A DNA stretch of 64,000 nt, taken from contig CBDBZU010000004.1 of assembly GCA_965213625.1 (NCBI GenBank), forward strand, positions 608,001 through 672,000, written 5' to 3'. Shown here in pieces: positions 36,520 to 46,691 of the stretch (positions within the stretch are counted from its first letter, which is position 1; the number at the start of each line of letters is the position of its first letter). The translations under genes were made by a program, and so were the position numbers. Origin of the DNA: a bacterium (GTDB lineage: Bacteria; UBA8248). The notes below the pieces were generated by a model. It did not search any database, was not told the origin of the DNA, and worked only from the letters and a program-made list of their open reading frames with translations.

Positions 36520-37188
36520 GTGTCGGAGTGGATAGCGTTACCTTTCCAGGTGATATTCAAGATATCCTCGTGGGTGTTCTACACCCTGGTCCAGCCGCCG
36601 CTCATCCTGATCGGCATCCCCGTTTTTCATTACATCATCCCCGTCATCCTGCTCGCAGGCGTCGTCATTTATGCCTTCCGCCAGGTGAAGATGGAAGGCT
36701 GGGGTTTCCTGCTGCGCAATCTGGAGGAACTTCTAGCGTATCCCTTCCTGGCGGCCATCGGATATATCGTCTTCATGCAGGTGTATTTCAGATACATTCT
36801 GGACGATCCCATCGTATGGGCCGAGGAAGTTACGCTGCTCTGTTTCCACTGGGCCGTTTTCATCGGCGCTGCGCTCGCATACAAACACGGCGAGAAGCTG
36901 ACGATGGAGACCTTCGTCGGTCAGTTGCCGGAACATTGGCAACGGAAGATTCGCATCGTTATCGAAGTTCTCATTTTCTTCACGCTGCTTCTGCTCCTGT
37001 ACCAGGGAATCCAGGTGGCGATTCTGGAATGGACCTACCCTTCTTCGGCGCTCGAGTTCCCGCAAACCTACCAGAGCGCATCGTTTCCCGTGGGAATGGC
37101 CCTGATGATCATCCACTCGGGACGCCAACTATTGGGATTGATCACGAATAAAATGGAACTGGGCCACCGGAGTTCCCCGGCTGTGTGA
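36520..37188 (+). CDS. dctQ: TRAP transporter small permease with N-terminal extension
   Basis: QVYFRY...PI.WAEE....F.W..FIGAA motif; adjacent to dctM. Confidence 0.88.
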   Translation: MSEWIALPFQVIFKISSWVFYTLVQPPLILIGIPVFHYIIPVILLAGVVIYAFRQVKMEGWGFLLRNLEELLAYPFLAAIGYIVFMQVYFRYILDDPIVWAEEVTLLCFHWAVFIGAALAYKHGEKLTMETFVGQLPEHWQRKIRIVIEVLIFFTLLLLLYQGIQVAILEWTYPSSALEFPQTYQSASFPVGMALMIIHSGRQLLGLITNKMELGHRSSPAV

Positions 37189-37204
37189 GCGAGAAGGAGC
37201 CTAC

Positions 37205-38491
37205 ATGAACGCATTGATACTCGTATTGCTGTTCTTCCTCTTCCTCTCCTTCAACACACCGATAGCCCTGGCCCTCGTATTCACCTGTCTGTTTTACCTG
37301 ACGTTCCTCTCCGAGATGCCGGTCACCTTCCTCGCGAGCATCATGATCGGCTCTTTGGAGCATTACTCGCTCATCGCCATTCCGCTGTTCATTTTTGCCG
37401 CCCAGATCATGAACATCGCGAAGGTGACGGACCGGATTTTCGATTTCGCCAAAACGCTGGTCGGTCATTTCACCGGGAGCCTGGGACACGCGAACATCGT
37501 CGCCAGCATCATCTTCGCGGGCATGTCCGGATCGGCATTGGCGGACGCGGCTGGACTTGGACGCGTGGAAATCGAGGGCATGACCAAGGAGGGCTACGAT
37601 AAGCCCTTTTCCGCAGCCGTAACGGCCGCGAGTTCCTGCATCGGGCCCATCATCCCGCCCAGCATCATCATGGTGATATACGCGAGCATCGCCGAGGAAT
37701 CGGCGGGGCGTGTCTTTCTGGGCGGCGTAGTTCCGGGCTTCTTCATGGGTGGCGCGATGATGGTTATCGTCTATTTCATCTCCCGCAAGCGGGGATACAA
37801 GAAATATCCGCGCGCTTCGCTCGTCCAGATATGGAAGAGTTCCCGCTCCGCCTTTCTGGCGCTGATGACGCCTGCGATCATCCTGGGCGGTATCGGCTCG
37901 GGCGCCACGACGCCCACCGAGGCGGCCGTGCTCGCCGTGGCGTGGTCGCTCTTTCTCGGAATGGTGGTCTACAAGGAGGTCCGACTCACGGACATCCCCC
38001 GCATCCTATCGACGGTGATCATCTATACGGCGGTGGTGCTTTTCATATTCTCCGCCGCTTCGGTCTTCACGCGCCTCATCACCATCGAGCGCGTCCCCTT
38101 CATATTCGCCCACTTCCTGATGACCGCACTGCAGGAGAAGTGGCTCATTCTCTTCGTTCTCAACATATTCCTGCTCATCGGCGGCATGGTGATGGAACCG
38201 ACGCCCCTGCTGCTCATCGTCACGCCCGTCATGCTGCCCATCGCACAGGCGCTGGACATCGACCTCGTGCACCTGGGCGTGTTCATGGTCTTGAATCTGG
38301 TTATCGGAAACCTCACGCCGCCATTCGCGCTCGCTCTATACGTGGTGTCGGACATTACGAAAGTGCCTTTCTGGACCATCGTGCGGGCCACTACGCCTTT
38401 TTATATTCCGCTCATCGTCACCCTGTTCGCCATGGTCTACTACTCGCCGCTCGTCATGTGGCTCCCGAACCTGCTGCTGCCGGTCAACTAG
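37205..38491 (+). CDS. dctM: TRAP transporter large permease
   Basis: LIAIPLFI, FAGMSGSALADAA, IGPIIPPS, TPTEAA, IGNLTPP. Confidence 0.95.
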   Translation: MNALILVLLFFLFLSFNTPIALALVFTCLFYLTFLSEMPVTFLASIMIGSLEHYSLIAIPLFIFAAQIMNIAKVTDRIFDFAKTLVGHFTGSLGHANIVASIIFAGMSGSALADAAGLGRVEIEGMTKEGYDKPFSAAVTAASSCIGPIIPPSIIMVIYASIAEESAGRVFLGGVVPGFFMGGAMMVIVYFISRKRGYKKYPRASLVQIWKSSRSAFLALMTPAIILGGIGSGATTPTEAAVLAVAWSLFLGMVVYKEVRLTDIPRILSTVIIYTAVVLFIFSAASVFTRLITIERVPFIFAHFLMTALQEKWLILFVLNIFLLIGGMVMEPTPLLLIVTPVMLPIAQALDIDLVHLGVFMVLNLVIGNLTPPFALALYVVSDITKVPFWTIVRATTPFYIPLIVTLFAMVYYSPLVMWLPNLLLPVN

Positions 38492-38500
38492 GACAACAAA

Positions 38501-38534
38501 AAACACCGCCGGCTCACCACAACCGGCGGTGTTT
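38501..38534. terminator. Probable bidirectional intrinsic terminator
   Basis: 12-bp stem aaacaccgccgg/ccggcggtgttt with A-run 5' and T-rich 3', between convergent dctM and dctP. Confidence 0.75.
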
Positions 38535-38587
38535 AATTTCTTGTTGCGCCGTGCAGCTTACCCGGCGCGACTATCGAAACTACTACC

Positions 38588-39577
38588 TTAGAACTTCGAG
38601 CGCGTCGCCTTGACTTTAGCGAAGAAGTCCTTGCCCCATCCCTTCGTGCCGATGGTCTCAGCAGCCGAGGCGGTTTTCTTGGCGAATTCATCCACGTTGA
38701 TGTTGTAGATGTTCACGCCCTTTTTCTTGAACTTCTCGAGGTAGGCGTTCTCGAGGTCGGTGTAGATTTTCTGCGAGTGGGCGATACCCTTGGACAGCGC
38801 GTCGTCGAACCACTTGCGCTGCTGCTTGTTCAGGCCTTTGCGCCACTTGTCGTTCACCATGAAGTACGACGTCGAAGAGAGGTGAGACGTGAGCGTCAGG
38901 TGTTTGCCCACTTCGTAGAACTTGTTGGTATAGAGCGTCTCGAGGGTGTTCTCCATGGCGTCGACCGTGCCGAGGAGCATGGCGTTGTAAACGTCCGCCC
39001 AGGACATCGGCGTGGGCTTCGCGCCCAGTCCGCGGAAGGCCAGTACCCAAGGAGGCGCCTGGGGAACGCGGATTTTGAGTCCCTTGAAATCGGCGAGCGT
39101 TTTCAGAGGCTTCTTGCGCGAGAGCACGTGCCGCGCGCCCCGGTTGATGACGCTCACCATGATGGTGCCGCGCTTTTTCAGGAACTCCTTGCGCCAGCGT
39201 TCGAACAGCGGCCCGTTGGCGACGGTGCGCACGTGCTTGGTGCTCTTCCAGAAATAGGGCAGGTTCAGACTGTCATAAGCGGGAAACTGCGTGAGTCCCT
39301 GGAACGTCGCCTGAATCGCTCCCAACTGCACCGATTGCAACTGGGTCTTGCCGTCGCCGACCTGGCCCTTCAGGAACACCTGCACTTCCATGGTCCCCTT
39401 GCTGAGCTTGTCGAGTATCTTTCCGAATTCGATAGCCCCGTAATGGGTGGGGTTCTTGTTGCTGTACATGTGGCCGACCTTGATGACGACCTTCTTGGCT
39501 CCCAGGGCAGGCGCCGCCCCCTGGGCGAGGAGAAACGCTGCGGCAACCAAAACGACGGGTATGATTCTTCTTGCCAT
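38588..39577 (-). CDS. dctP: TRAP substrate-binding protein
   Basis: Signal peptide; DFKGLKIRVP, LGAKPTPMSWADVY.A...GTVDA.EN, KFYEV; start ATG 39577. Confidence 0.92.
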   Translation of the reverse strand: MARRIIPVVLVAAAFLLAQGAAPALGAKKVVIKVGHMYSNKNPTHYGAIEFGKILDKLSKGTMEVQVFLKGQVGDGKTQLQSVQLGAIQATFQGLTQFPAYDSLNLPYFWKSTKHVRTVANGPLFERWRKEFLKKRGTIMVSVINRGARHVLSRKKPLKTLADFKGLKIRVPQAPPWVLAFRGLGAKPTPMSWADVYNAMLLGTVDAMENTLETLYTNKFYEVGKHLTLTSHLSSTSYFMVNDKWRKGLNKQQRKWFDDALSKGIAHSQKIYTDLENAYLEKFKKKGVNIYNINVDEFAKKTASAAETIGTKGWGKDFFAKVKATRSKF

Positions 39578-39764
39578 TGGCACTACCCTCCCTGAACAGG
39601 AATGGAAGATATCCCCCTTGCGAGGATACCGATGAGCGCAACGCATAGAAGCGTGAAAACCAATGCAAAAAGATTCGAATGGATGGGGAAATTCTATCTT
39701 TCTTTTCCCCGGCTTACAAGGCACAATAATTTGCTCTCCTTCAATGACCTGCAGAGGCGACAAG

Positions 39765-40442
39765 ATGAACGAGGAATGGAGTCAACTCAGAACCGACCTC
39801 GCGCACTATCCCGATCTCGTATACGGGGAAGTCGAAAGACTGAGCCACGAGCAGATGTGCTACGCGAACGAGGAGCCGCCCTGGGCGCGCTGGTCGATGG
39901 ATTTGCAAATCCGCCATATCGCCCTCATGACCCCGGTGTGGCTTTCCAGGCGGGCAGGCGAGATGCTGAAAAGAGAAGGCTATGCCTTTCCCGATACGGC
40001 AGGCCTCATCGCCGACCTCATCGACTCAGGCATCCGCCACGTCCCGCCCGAAGCGGCCGGCGACAAAAAGGCCGTGGTCGACTTCATGAGGCCCTGGGCC
40101 GCGCTTTGTTGTGAGATCATCGACAAGGAAAGCGAGGACAGGCTGCGCGCCTTGTCGTTCACCTACTACATGGACCCAGAAGCCTCCCGCCCCGGAGACC
40201 CCCACAAGCCCGTTGACTACCACAGGATGTCCGTCCGCCTTCATTCATTCGGGTTTCATGAAGACGCGGAGCGCCCCGGTCTTTTTCGCCTGGAAATCGG
40301 CGGGGTCCTGCGCCACATCTACTGGAACGTGCTCGCGCATTTAAGAACCGTCCAGAGACTGAAGCTAAGACAGGGCCTCCCCTTAAATACGGAACTGCCG
40401 CGCGAAGGCTACCTCACCCTGCCTGAGTTTTACGATCCTTGA
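39765..40442 (+). CDS. DinB-like putative metalloprotein
   Basis: WSMDLQIRHIA and RHIYWN..AH...VQRLK His pattern of the DinB/YfiT fold; start probably ATG 39765. Confidence 0.55.
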   Translation: MNEEWSQLRTDLAHYPDLVYGEVERLSHEQMCYANEEPPWARWSMDLQIRHIALMTPVWLSRRAGEMLKREGYAFPDTAGLIADLIDSGIRHVPPEAAGDKKAVVDFMRPWAALCCEIIDKESEDRLRALSFTYYMDPEASRPGDPHKPVDYHRMSVRLHSFGFHEDAERPGLFRLEIGGVLRHIYWNVLAHLRTVQRLKLRQGLPLNTELPREGYLTLPEFYDP

Positions 40443-40560
40443 ATCGGGCTTTTCGCCTTCATTTGAAACGCATTTGCGCAGGTTTGGGGTATAATGCGTT
40501 TCAGGGAGGTCGCCCCATCCCTATAACGCCGCCGCCGGTTTATCAGAGGATGCTGGAAAG

Positions 40561-41049
40561 ATGAGAACTACGAATCAAACCCCCTGCACTCTACGCAAAT
40601 TGCGGGTATACGCCGCCCTATCGTTCTTCGCCTTTATACTCGCTCTTCCGGTTTCGGCTGCGGCCATCGCGCCCGTTTATTCCACATTGCTGGGAGGCGC
40701 CATCCGGGGATACGACCCGGTCGCCTATTTCACCGAGAGTAAACCCGTCGAGGGGAAAAAGGCCTTTTCCCATAAATGGAAAGGCGCGACGTGGTATTTC
40801 GCGAGCGAGAAAAACCGCGACTTGTTCCGCGCGGATCCGGAAAAATACGCCCCCCGGTACGGCGGCTATTGCGCATACGCCGTGAGCCGGGGCTACACCG
40901 CGAGCATCGTCCCCGAAGCCTGGAAGATCGTGGACGGCAAGCTCTATCTCAACTACAGCAAGGGCGTTCAGCAAGCCTGGGAGCAGGACATCCCCGGCAA
41001 CATCACAACGGCCGACAAAAACTGGCCCAGGCTCCTCAAGGGGAAATAA
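40561..41049 (+). CDS. Exported YHS domain-containing protein of the YHS (seleno)protein family, Cys form
   Basis: Signal peptide; AI.GYDPVAYF, W.FAS..N...F...PEKYAP.YGGYCAYA, IVDGKLYLNY, AD.NWP. Confidence 0.85.
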   Translation: MRTTNQTPCTLRKLRVYAALSFFAFILALPVSAAAIAPVYSTLLGGAIRGYDPVAYFTESKPVEGKKAFSHKWKGATWYFASEKNRDLFRADPEKYAPRYGGYCAYAVSRGYTASIVPEAWKIVDGKLYLNYSKGVQQAWEQDIPGNITTADKNWPRLLKGK

Positions 41050-41075
41050 GCCTTTTTACGAAAAACGGCGGCTCG

Positions 41076-41522
41076 CTAATGCCCCAGATCGCTCGGTTCT
41101 TTTCCCTCGGCCTTGTCGAAAGCCCGTTTCGCCGCTCTGAGCGCGTGGTTCGTTTTGGGCAGCCCGACGTAGGGTGAGCACTGCACGATTGCCTCGATAA
41201 TCTCATCTTGCGTGAGGCCCAGGTTCAGAGCCGAGCGCACGTGCCACTCCAGTTCTTCGGGCAGATCCTGCGCCACCATGGTGGCGAGCACGATGATCTC
41301 GCGCGTTTTCAGGTCGAGCGTCTCCGACTGCGCCCACACCATGCCGAAACAATACTCCATGATGGTCTGCGTGTGCGCCGGTGAAATTTGGAGAAAATCG
41401 CTCGTTGTCTGTCCGCCTTCACCGTAGATTCCCATCGCGCGGCGAATCTCGCCAGCCTTCCTGAAGCGTTCCTGCACATCCGGGTTTTTATCGACGTAAT
41501 TTTCCATCATATCTTCAGCCAT
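41076..41522 (-). CDS. Carboxymuconolactone decarboxylase (PcaC/AhpD-like) family protein
   Basis: FG.VW....LDLKTRE....A, EL.WH...ALN.GLT..EI.E, YVG.P; no CxxC. Confidence 0.85.
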   Translation of the reverse strand: MAEDMMENYVDKNPDVQERFRKAGEIRRAMGIYGEGGQTTSDFLQISPAHTQTIMEYCFGMVWAQSETLDLKTREIIVLATMVAQDLPEELEWHVRSALNLGLTQDEIIEAIVQCSPYVGLPKTNHALRAAKRAFDKAEGKEPSDLGH

Positions 41523-41553
41523 TGTATTTCTCCTGAATTAGAGCGGGTATTCG

Positions 41554-42471
41554 CTAGCGCGTCCTGAGACGCGGGTCCAAGACATCTCTGAGCCAGTCGC
41601 CCACGAGGTTGGCTCCCAGTACGGTGAAGGTGATGGCGAGTCCCGGGAACGTGACGATCCACCATGAGACATACAGATAGGAGCGACCCTCGGCCAGGAG
41701 TCCGCCCCAGGTGGGCGTGGGCGGCGGGACGCCCAGCCCCAGGAAACTCAAGCCTGCCTCGATGACGATGAGCCGCCCCAGGTAGAGGGAGCCGATGATG
41801 ATAACGGGCGCCAGGACGTTGGGGAGAACATGGCGGAAGATGAGGCGCAAATCGCTTCCACCGACGGCGCGCGAGGCGATGACGAACTCCTGCTCGCGAA
41901 TCGAGAGAACATTGCCGCGCACCACGCGCGCGTACACCGTCCACTGGCGAAACGAGATCAGGGAGACGATGAGCCAGAGGCTCGGCCCCAGAATGGCGAT
42001 TGTCGCCAGGGCCAGCAGAATGAACGGAAACGAGAGGACGAAATCCACAAGCCGCATCAACAGATAGTCCACCCGCCCGCCGAAATAGCCCGCCACCATA
42101 CCGAGGATGAGGCCGATGCTCCCCGCCATGCCCGTCGCGGAGAGTCCGACGATGAGGGACACGCGCGCGCCGTAAATCAACCGGCTCAGGAGGTCGCGTC
42201 CGAGGTGGTCGGTGCCAAGGAGGAAGAGATGCCCCTCCCCCTCCCACATGGGCGGCTTCATCACCCGGGTGAGGGATTGCAAAGTGGGGTCCAGCGGCGC
42301 CAGCAGGGGCGCGAACAACGCGGCAATCAGCACGATGAGCAATATCACGGCTCCCGCCATCGCCGATTTCGTGGCGATGAGCGATCGCGCGAGCCGCCGC
42401 CACCAGGGAGTCTCGTCGAAGTGCTGGAACTCTTCGGACGTCATGAGGACTTCATCGCTTTCACCTCTCAT
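41554..42471 (-). CDS. Peptide/nickel ABC permease DppC-like
   Basis: LGTD.LGRDLLSRLIYGARVSL, EFV.ASRA.G, RHVLPN, EAGLSFLGLG. Confidence 0.93.
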   Translation of the reverse strand: MRGESDEVLMTSEEFQHFDETPWWRRLARSLIATKSAMAGAVILLIVLIAALFAPLLAPLDPTLQSLTRVMKPPMWEGEGHLFLLGTDHLGRDLLSRLIYGARVSLIVGLSATGMAGSIGLILGMVAGYFGGRVDYLLMRLVDFVLSFPFILLALATIAILGPSLWLIVSLISFRQWTVYARVVRGNVLSIREQEFVIASRAVGGSDLRLIFRHVLPNVLAPVIIIGSLYLGRLIVIEAGLSFLGLGVPPPTPTWGGLLAEGRSYLYVSWWIVTFPGLAITFTVLGANLVGDWLRDVLDPRLRTR

Positions 42472-43385
42472 CGGTACTGAATCCTGGGATCGAGATAGGT
42501 GTAGATGATGTCCACCAGTAAATTGATTCCGACGAAGCCCAGGGCGAGAAGAAAAACCGCCGCCTGAACGATGGGGTAGTCCCGGTGGTGGATGGCGGCG
42601 ACCGTCAGGCGCCCCACGCCGGGCCAGGCGAACACGGTTTCGGTGATGACGGTTCCCCCCAGCGTGAGGGCGAGGTCCAGGCCGAGAATGGTGACGATGG
42701 GGATGGCCGAATTCTTGAGCGCGTGCTTGAACAACACGACCTTCTCATTCAGGCCCTTGGAATACGCCGTGAGAATGTAATCCTGTCTCAGCACCTCCAG
42801 CATTTCGGAGCGCATCAGCCGCGCGAGGCGTGCCGTGTGAAAGACGCCTGCGGCGATGGTCGGCATGATGAAGTGCACCGGCTCCCCGTAGCCGAACGGC
42901 GGGAGCCACCCCAGCTTCACGGAGAAGAGGAGGATCATCATCAGCCCCAGCCAGAAATCGGGAACCGCCTGGCCCAGCACGGCCCCGAACATCAGGCCCT
43001 TGTCGTAGACGGTGTTTTCCTTGAGCGCAGCGATGCACCCGAACGGAAGGCCGATGATGACCGACATGATGAACGCAGCCGCGGCGAGTTCGATGGTGGC
43101 CGGCAGGTGTTCGAGCACGACCTTGAGCGCGGATTCCCCATGCTCAAAGGATTCGCCAAAATTCCCGCGCAAGACGTTGCGGAAGAATATGAAATACTGC
43201 GTCGACAGGGGCTTGTCGAGGCCCATCTCGTTTCTGAGTTCCGCGATGTCTTCTTCAGTGGCGTCGTCGGGCAGCATGATCCGGGCGGGGTCGCCGGAGA
43301 GATGCAAAAGCAGAAACACGAAAATCAGGACGAACTTCATGAGCACGATGGCCTGAAGCATCCGCCGAACGATAAATCCCGTCAT
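42468..43385 (-). CDS. Peptide/nickel ABC permease DppB-like
   Basis: GDPA, GLDKP, QDYI.TA.SKG, ETVFAWPG.GRL, RDYP, LDPRI. Confidence 0.93.
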   Translation of the reverse strand: MTGFIVRRMLQAIVLMKFVLIFVFLLLHLSGDPARIMLPDDATEEDIAELRNEMGLDKPLSTQYFIFFRNVLRGNFGESFEHGESALKVVLEHLPATIELAAAAFIMSVIIGLPFGCIAALKENTVYDKGLMFGAVLGQAVPDFWLGLMMILLFSVKLGWLPPFGYGEPVHFIMPTIAAGVFHTARLARLMRSEMLEVLRQDYILTAYSKGLNEKVVLFKHALKNSAIPIVTILGLDLALTLGGTVITETVFAWPGVGRLTVAAIHHRDYPIVQAAVFLLALGFVGINLLVDIIYTYLDPRIQYR

Positions 43386-43477
43386 TACGCCCCCCGTTGC
43401 AAGGCGAAACCCAAACCCTGTCCCTTACGCCCGCCCGAGGTCACACGTTTGTATTTCCCGGTGTGCTCGGGCTTTGT

Positions 43478-43513
43478 TCTCTCCCGGGCGCTCCAGACGA
43501 CACCCGGGAGAGA
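43478..43513. promoter_or_regulatory. Intercistronic hairpin after the Dpp binding-protein gene
   Basis: tctctcccggg/cccgggagaga 11-bp stem. Confidence 0.55.
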
Positions 43514-43529
43514 GGTGCGGCATCGCCTT

Positions 43530-45065
43530 TTATTTCCAGCCTGCGTCGGTTGCGATCACGAGGCCTGTGGAACGCATCTTCCAGTCGACGGATTTCTTCT
43601 TCCCGGAAATCTCGTCGAGGTGATACAAAAAGCCCAGGAAGGCCTGCTCCCTGATGTATGCGGCGAGCTTCCGGTATTTCTCCGCCTGCTTGGCCTCGTC
43701 CGGCTCCGAGCGGGCGCCCACGATCATATTGTCCAGCTTCTCGCTCCTCACGCCGCCATGCGTTGATTTGCTGTACAGGAGCCCTGAGTACATCCAGGCC
43801 GCGTGAAGCGCGAGATCGTTGCGGCAGGCGTAATTCCAGTAGGGTTTATAACCCTTCTTCCATTTCGAGCGGCTGTTCCTGCGCCAGGCGCCGTATTCGA
43901 GCGGCTTCACCTTGACGTTGATGTTGATCTTCTTGAGTTGTCCCGCAATGGCCTCCGCACCCTGCACGCCTTTGAGGTAACGCCCCAGGGGAACGACCAG
44001 CGGAACGGTGAAGCCCTTCTCGTAGCCGGCCGCTTTCATGAGGCTCTTCGCCTTGGCCACATCGTAGGCATAAGGTTTCAGGGCCGGGTTGTGGCCGAAA
44101 CTGTTCGGGCCGACGACGGTGCCCATGGCGGCGGTCGCGTGTCCCTGCAAAACGTTTTTGATGATGCTGTCCTTGTCGATGGCGTGGTTCACCGCCTGGC
44201 GCACGCGCACGTCGGACCAGGGCGCTCCGTCCTTGAGAACCATGATGAGCGAGCACGCCTTGGGGCCGGGGCCGGCGACGACGTCGACGTTGGGATTGGA
44301 TTTCGCCATCGGGACCGTCTGCGGCGGAATGTCCTTGATCATGTCGACCGCGCCCGACACGAGCGCGGAGACGCGCGTCGTCGGCTCGGGAATGACCTTG
44401 ACGATCACTTTCTTCACGCGCTGGCGCGATTTATCCCAGTATCCGGAAGCAGCCTCGAAAACCATCTCGGAGCCCTTGCGCCATTTCACGAGGCGGTAGG
44501 GGCCGCTGCCGACCGGCTTGCGCGCGAGTTCTTTGAGTTTGTTACTCCCGTAATGCTTCGGCGGAACCACTGCGCTGAAATCCGCCAGCGGCGAGAGGAG
44601 ATAGCGGTCGGGATGCTTGGTGTGGAGCCGTACGGTGTGCGAATCGACCACTTCGACTTTCGTGAGACTCCTGTAGAAATTGCGGATGCGGCTTTTTATC
44701 TTCTTGTCGAACAGCCTGTCGAGACTGTACTTGATGGCGTTTGCGTCGACGGGCTCTCCGTTATGGAACTTGACGCCCTTGCGAATCTTGAGTTCCAGCA
44801 CCGTTGGAGAAACGTAACTCCAAGACGTCGCGAGGGCGGGGATGATTTTCCCCTTGATGTCACGCGCCAGAATATTGTCGAACACGAGGGGCCAGGACTG
44901 AAGCATGGGAAGCCCGAGCCGGATGTGGGGGTCGAACGTCGTCGGGTCTCCGGGCATCCCGATGAGAAGCTGATCTTTTTTGGCAGAGAGCGCACTCCCA
45001 GACATCAGCGTCAGCGACATGAAAACGGCCATTCCGAAAATCATGAACTTTTTCATCATCTTCAC
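43530..45065 (-). CDS. Peptide/nickel ABC substrate-binding protein (family 5)
   Basis: Signal peptide; PALATSW, RKGVKFHNGEP, PVGSGPY, D.RVRQA.NHAID, YDVAKAKSL...AGY. Confidence 0.93.
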   Translation of the reverse strand: MKMMKKFMIFGMAVFMSLTLMSGSALSAKKDQLLIGMPGDPTTFDPHIRLGLPMLQSWPLVFDNILARDIKGKIIPALATSWSYVSPTVLELKIRKGVKFHNGEPVDANAIKYSLDRLFDKKIKSRIRNFYRSLTKVEVVDSHTVRLHTKHPDRYLLSPLADFSAVVPPKHYGSNKLKELARKPVGSGPYRLVKWRKGSEMVFEAASGYWDKSRQRVKKVIVKVIPEPTTRVSALVSGAVDMIKDIPPQTVPMAKSNPNVDVVAGPGPKACSLIMVLKDGAPWSDVRVRQAVNHAIDKDSIIKNVLQGHATAAMGTVVGPNSFGHNPALKPYAYDVAKAKSLMKAAGYEKGFTVPLVVPLGRYLKGVQGAEAIAGQLKKININVKVKPLEYGAWRRNSRSKWKKGYKPYWNYACRNDLALHAAWMYSGLLYSKSTHGGVRSEKLDNMIVGARSEPDEAKQAEKYRKLAAYIREQAFLGFLYHLDEISGKKKSVDWKMRSTGLVIATDAGWK

Positions 45066-45543
45066 TCCTCCTCTTTTCGGTATCCGGTCGACGATAGTTT
45101 CGCTCTGAAATTCATAAGATTTTGCTCCTGCATATGTTTCATACGATGCAACTGCATGTGTCCGACGACGGGAAAATCGATTCGGTGATCGAAGGGTAAA
45201 ATTCCGGTTATGATGTTGCAGCCTGAAAAATATACCAATCCCTTACCGATTTCCGGCTCGAAAATGCGAGTCCCTTCCCCTTCTGCAGAATCAAAAATCG
45301 CCTGCCTTCCAGCGACGAAAATAAAAAACCGCGGACAGTTATTCTCTTTTCAAGATTATTTCCATGATTGGTTATTGCCACTTGCGTGTCAACCAATAAC
45401 CGGAAGACAGACACAAACCACCTCAGCGCGGTTTATTGCCGGATGAACCGAACCCGCAGGGGGTCGTGAAAACCGGGAGAGGCGTGCTACATATGGTTTT
45501 ATTCTGGAATTTTCGGCAGATGAGAACCCAGGGAGGATGAGAG

Positions 45544-46581
45544 ATGTTCGATAAGATAGCCGTGTTCGGAACCGGAGCCATCGGCAGCAGCGCCGCCGCA
45601 GACCTCACCGATGCGGGCTATGACGTCACCATCGTCGATCAGTGGCCGGCGCATGTTGAAGCGATGAGAAAAGACGGGCTCCACGTCCAGATGCCGGACC
45701 TCGATTTGAAGGTTCGCGTAAAGGCCCTCCACGTGTGCGAGCTGGCCTCGGCCAAGCCCGAGTTCGACCTCATCCTCCTGGCGGTCAAATCTTTCGACAC
45801 GCGCTGGATGGCCGAACTCATGGCCCCGCACCTGAAACCGGACGGCGTGCTGGTGGGACTCCAGAACAGCATGAACGAAGAAGAAATAACAACTTCCATT
45901 ATCGGCCGGGAGCGTGTGGTGGGCTGCTGCATCGAACTTTCCGGAGAGATATTCACCCCGGGTTTCGTGCAGCGAAACACGCCGCGCACCGGCACCTGGT
46001 TCGCCGTGGGCGAACTGGACGGCTCCATCACCCCGCGTCTGGAGGAGATCCGGAGAATCCTGAGCCACGTCGCCAAGGTGGACATTTCCAACAACATCCG
46101 GGGCACGAAATGGACGAAGCTCGTCGTCAACTCGATGAGCATGGGACCCTGGGGACTCATCGGCCTGCACAACAGAGAAGTCGCCAAACTTCCCGGAATC
46201 TTCGATATTGCGGTGAGACTCGGCAAGGAGACGGTAGAGGTCGGTACGGCGATGGGAATCAACATCGAGCCCGTCTTCGGGCTGAGCGCGGATGATTTCG
46301 CGGGCGATGAGGACAAGGTGCTGTTGAACGCCCTGACGACCATGACGGGCCACACCGGGCCGCGCGCCCGCACGGCGCCCATTCACGATCACATCAAGGG
46401 CCGCAAGAACGAAATTGAATTCATTAACGGCCTCGTTTCGCGGAAGGGAAAAGAACTCGGCATCCCCACTCCCTATAACGACGCCGTAAGCGAACTCGCC
46501 CGGGCCATCAACCGCAATGAACTGAAAATGGACCCCTCGAACTACGAACTCCTGAAATCCAGGCTGGGAATCTCAGATTGA
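45544..46581 (+). CDS. Ketopantoate reductase (PanE/ApbA) family protein
   Basis: FGTGAIG, LAVKSFDT, LQN, W.KL.VN, D...GRKNEIEFING, GIPTP.N. Confidence 0.85.
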   Translation: MFDKIAVFGTGAIGSSAAADLTDAGYDVTIVDQWPAHVEAMRKDGLHVQMPDLDLKVRVKALHVCELASAKPEFDLILLAVKSFDTRWMAELMAPHLKPDGVLVGLQNSMNEEEITTSIIGRERVVGCCIELSGEIFTPGFVQRNTPRTGTWFAVGELDGSITPRLEEIRRILSHVAKVDISNNIRGTKWTKLVVNSMSMGPWGLIGLHNREVAKLPGIFDIAVRLGKETVEVGTAMGINIEPVFGLSADDFAGDEDKVLLNALTTMTGHTGPRARTAPIHDHIKGRKNEIEFINGLVSRKGKELGIPTPYNDAVSELARAINRNELKMDPSNYELLKSRLGISD

Positions 46582-46691
46582 TTTGAGTAAATCTATCTGG
46601 GCCGCTTTTACAAGGATAGTACGGGTAAACGTGTGGGAGATCGATCAAAGTCTCTTTCAATCGGTAAAACAATTTATGGTGATGAAAGGGA

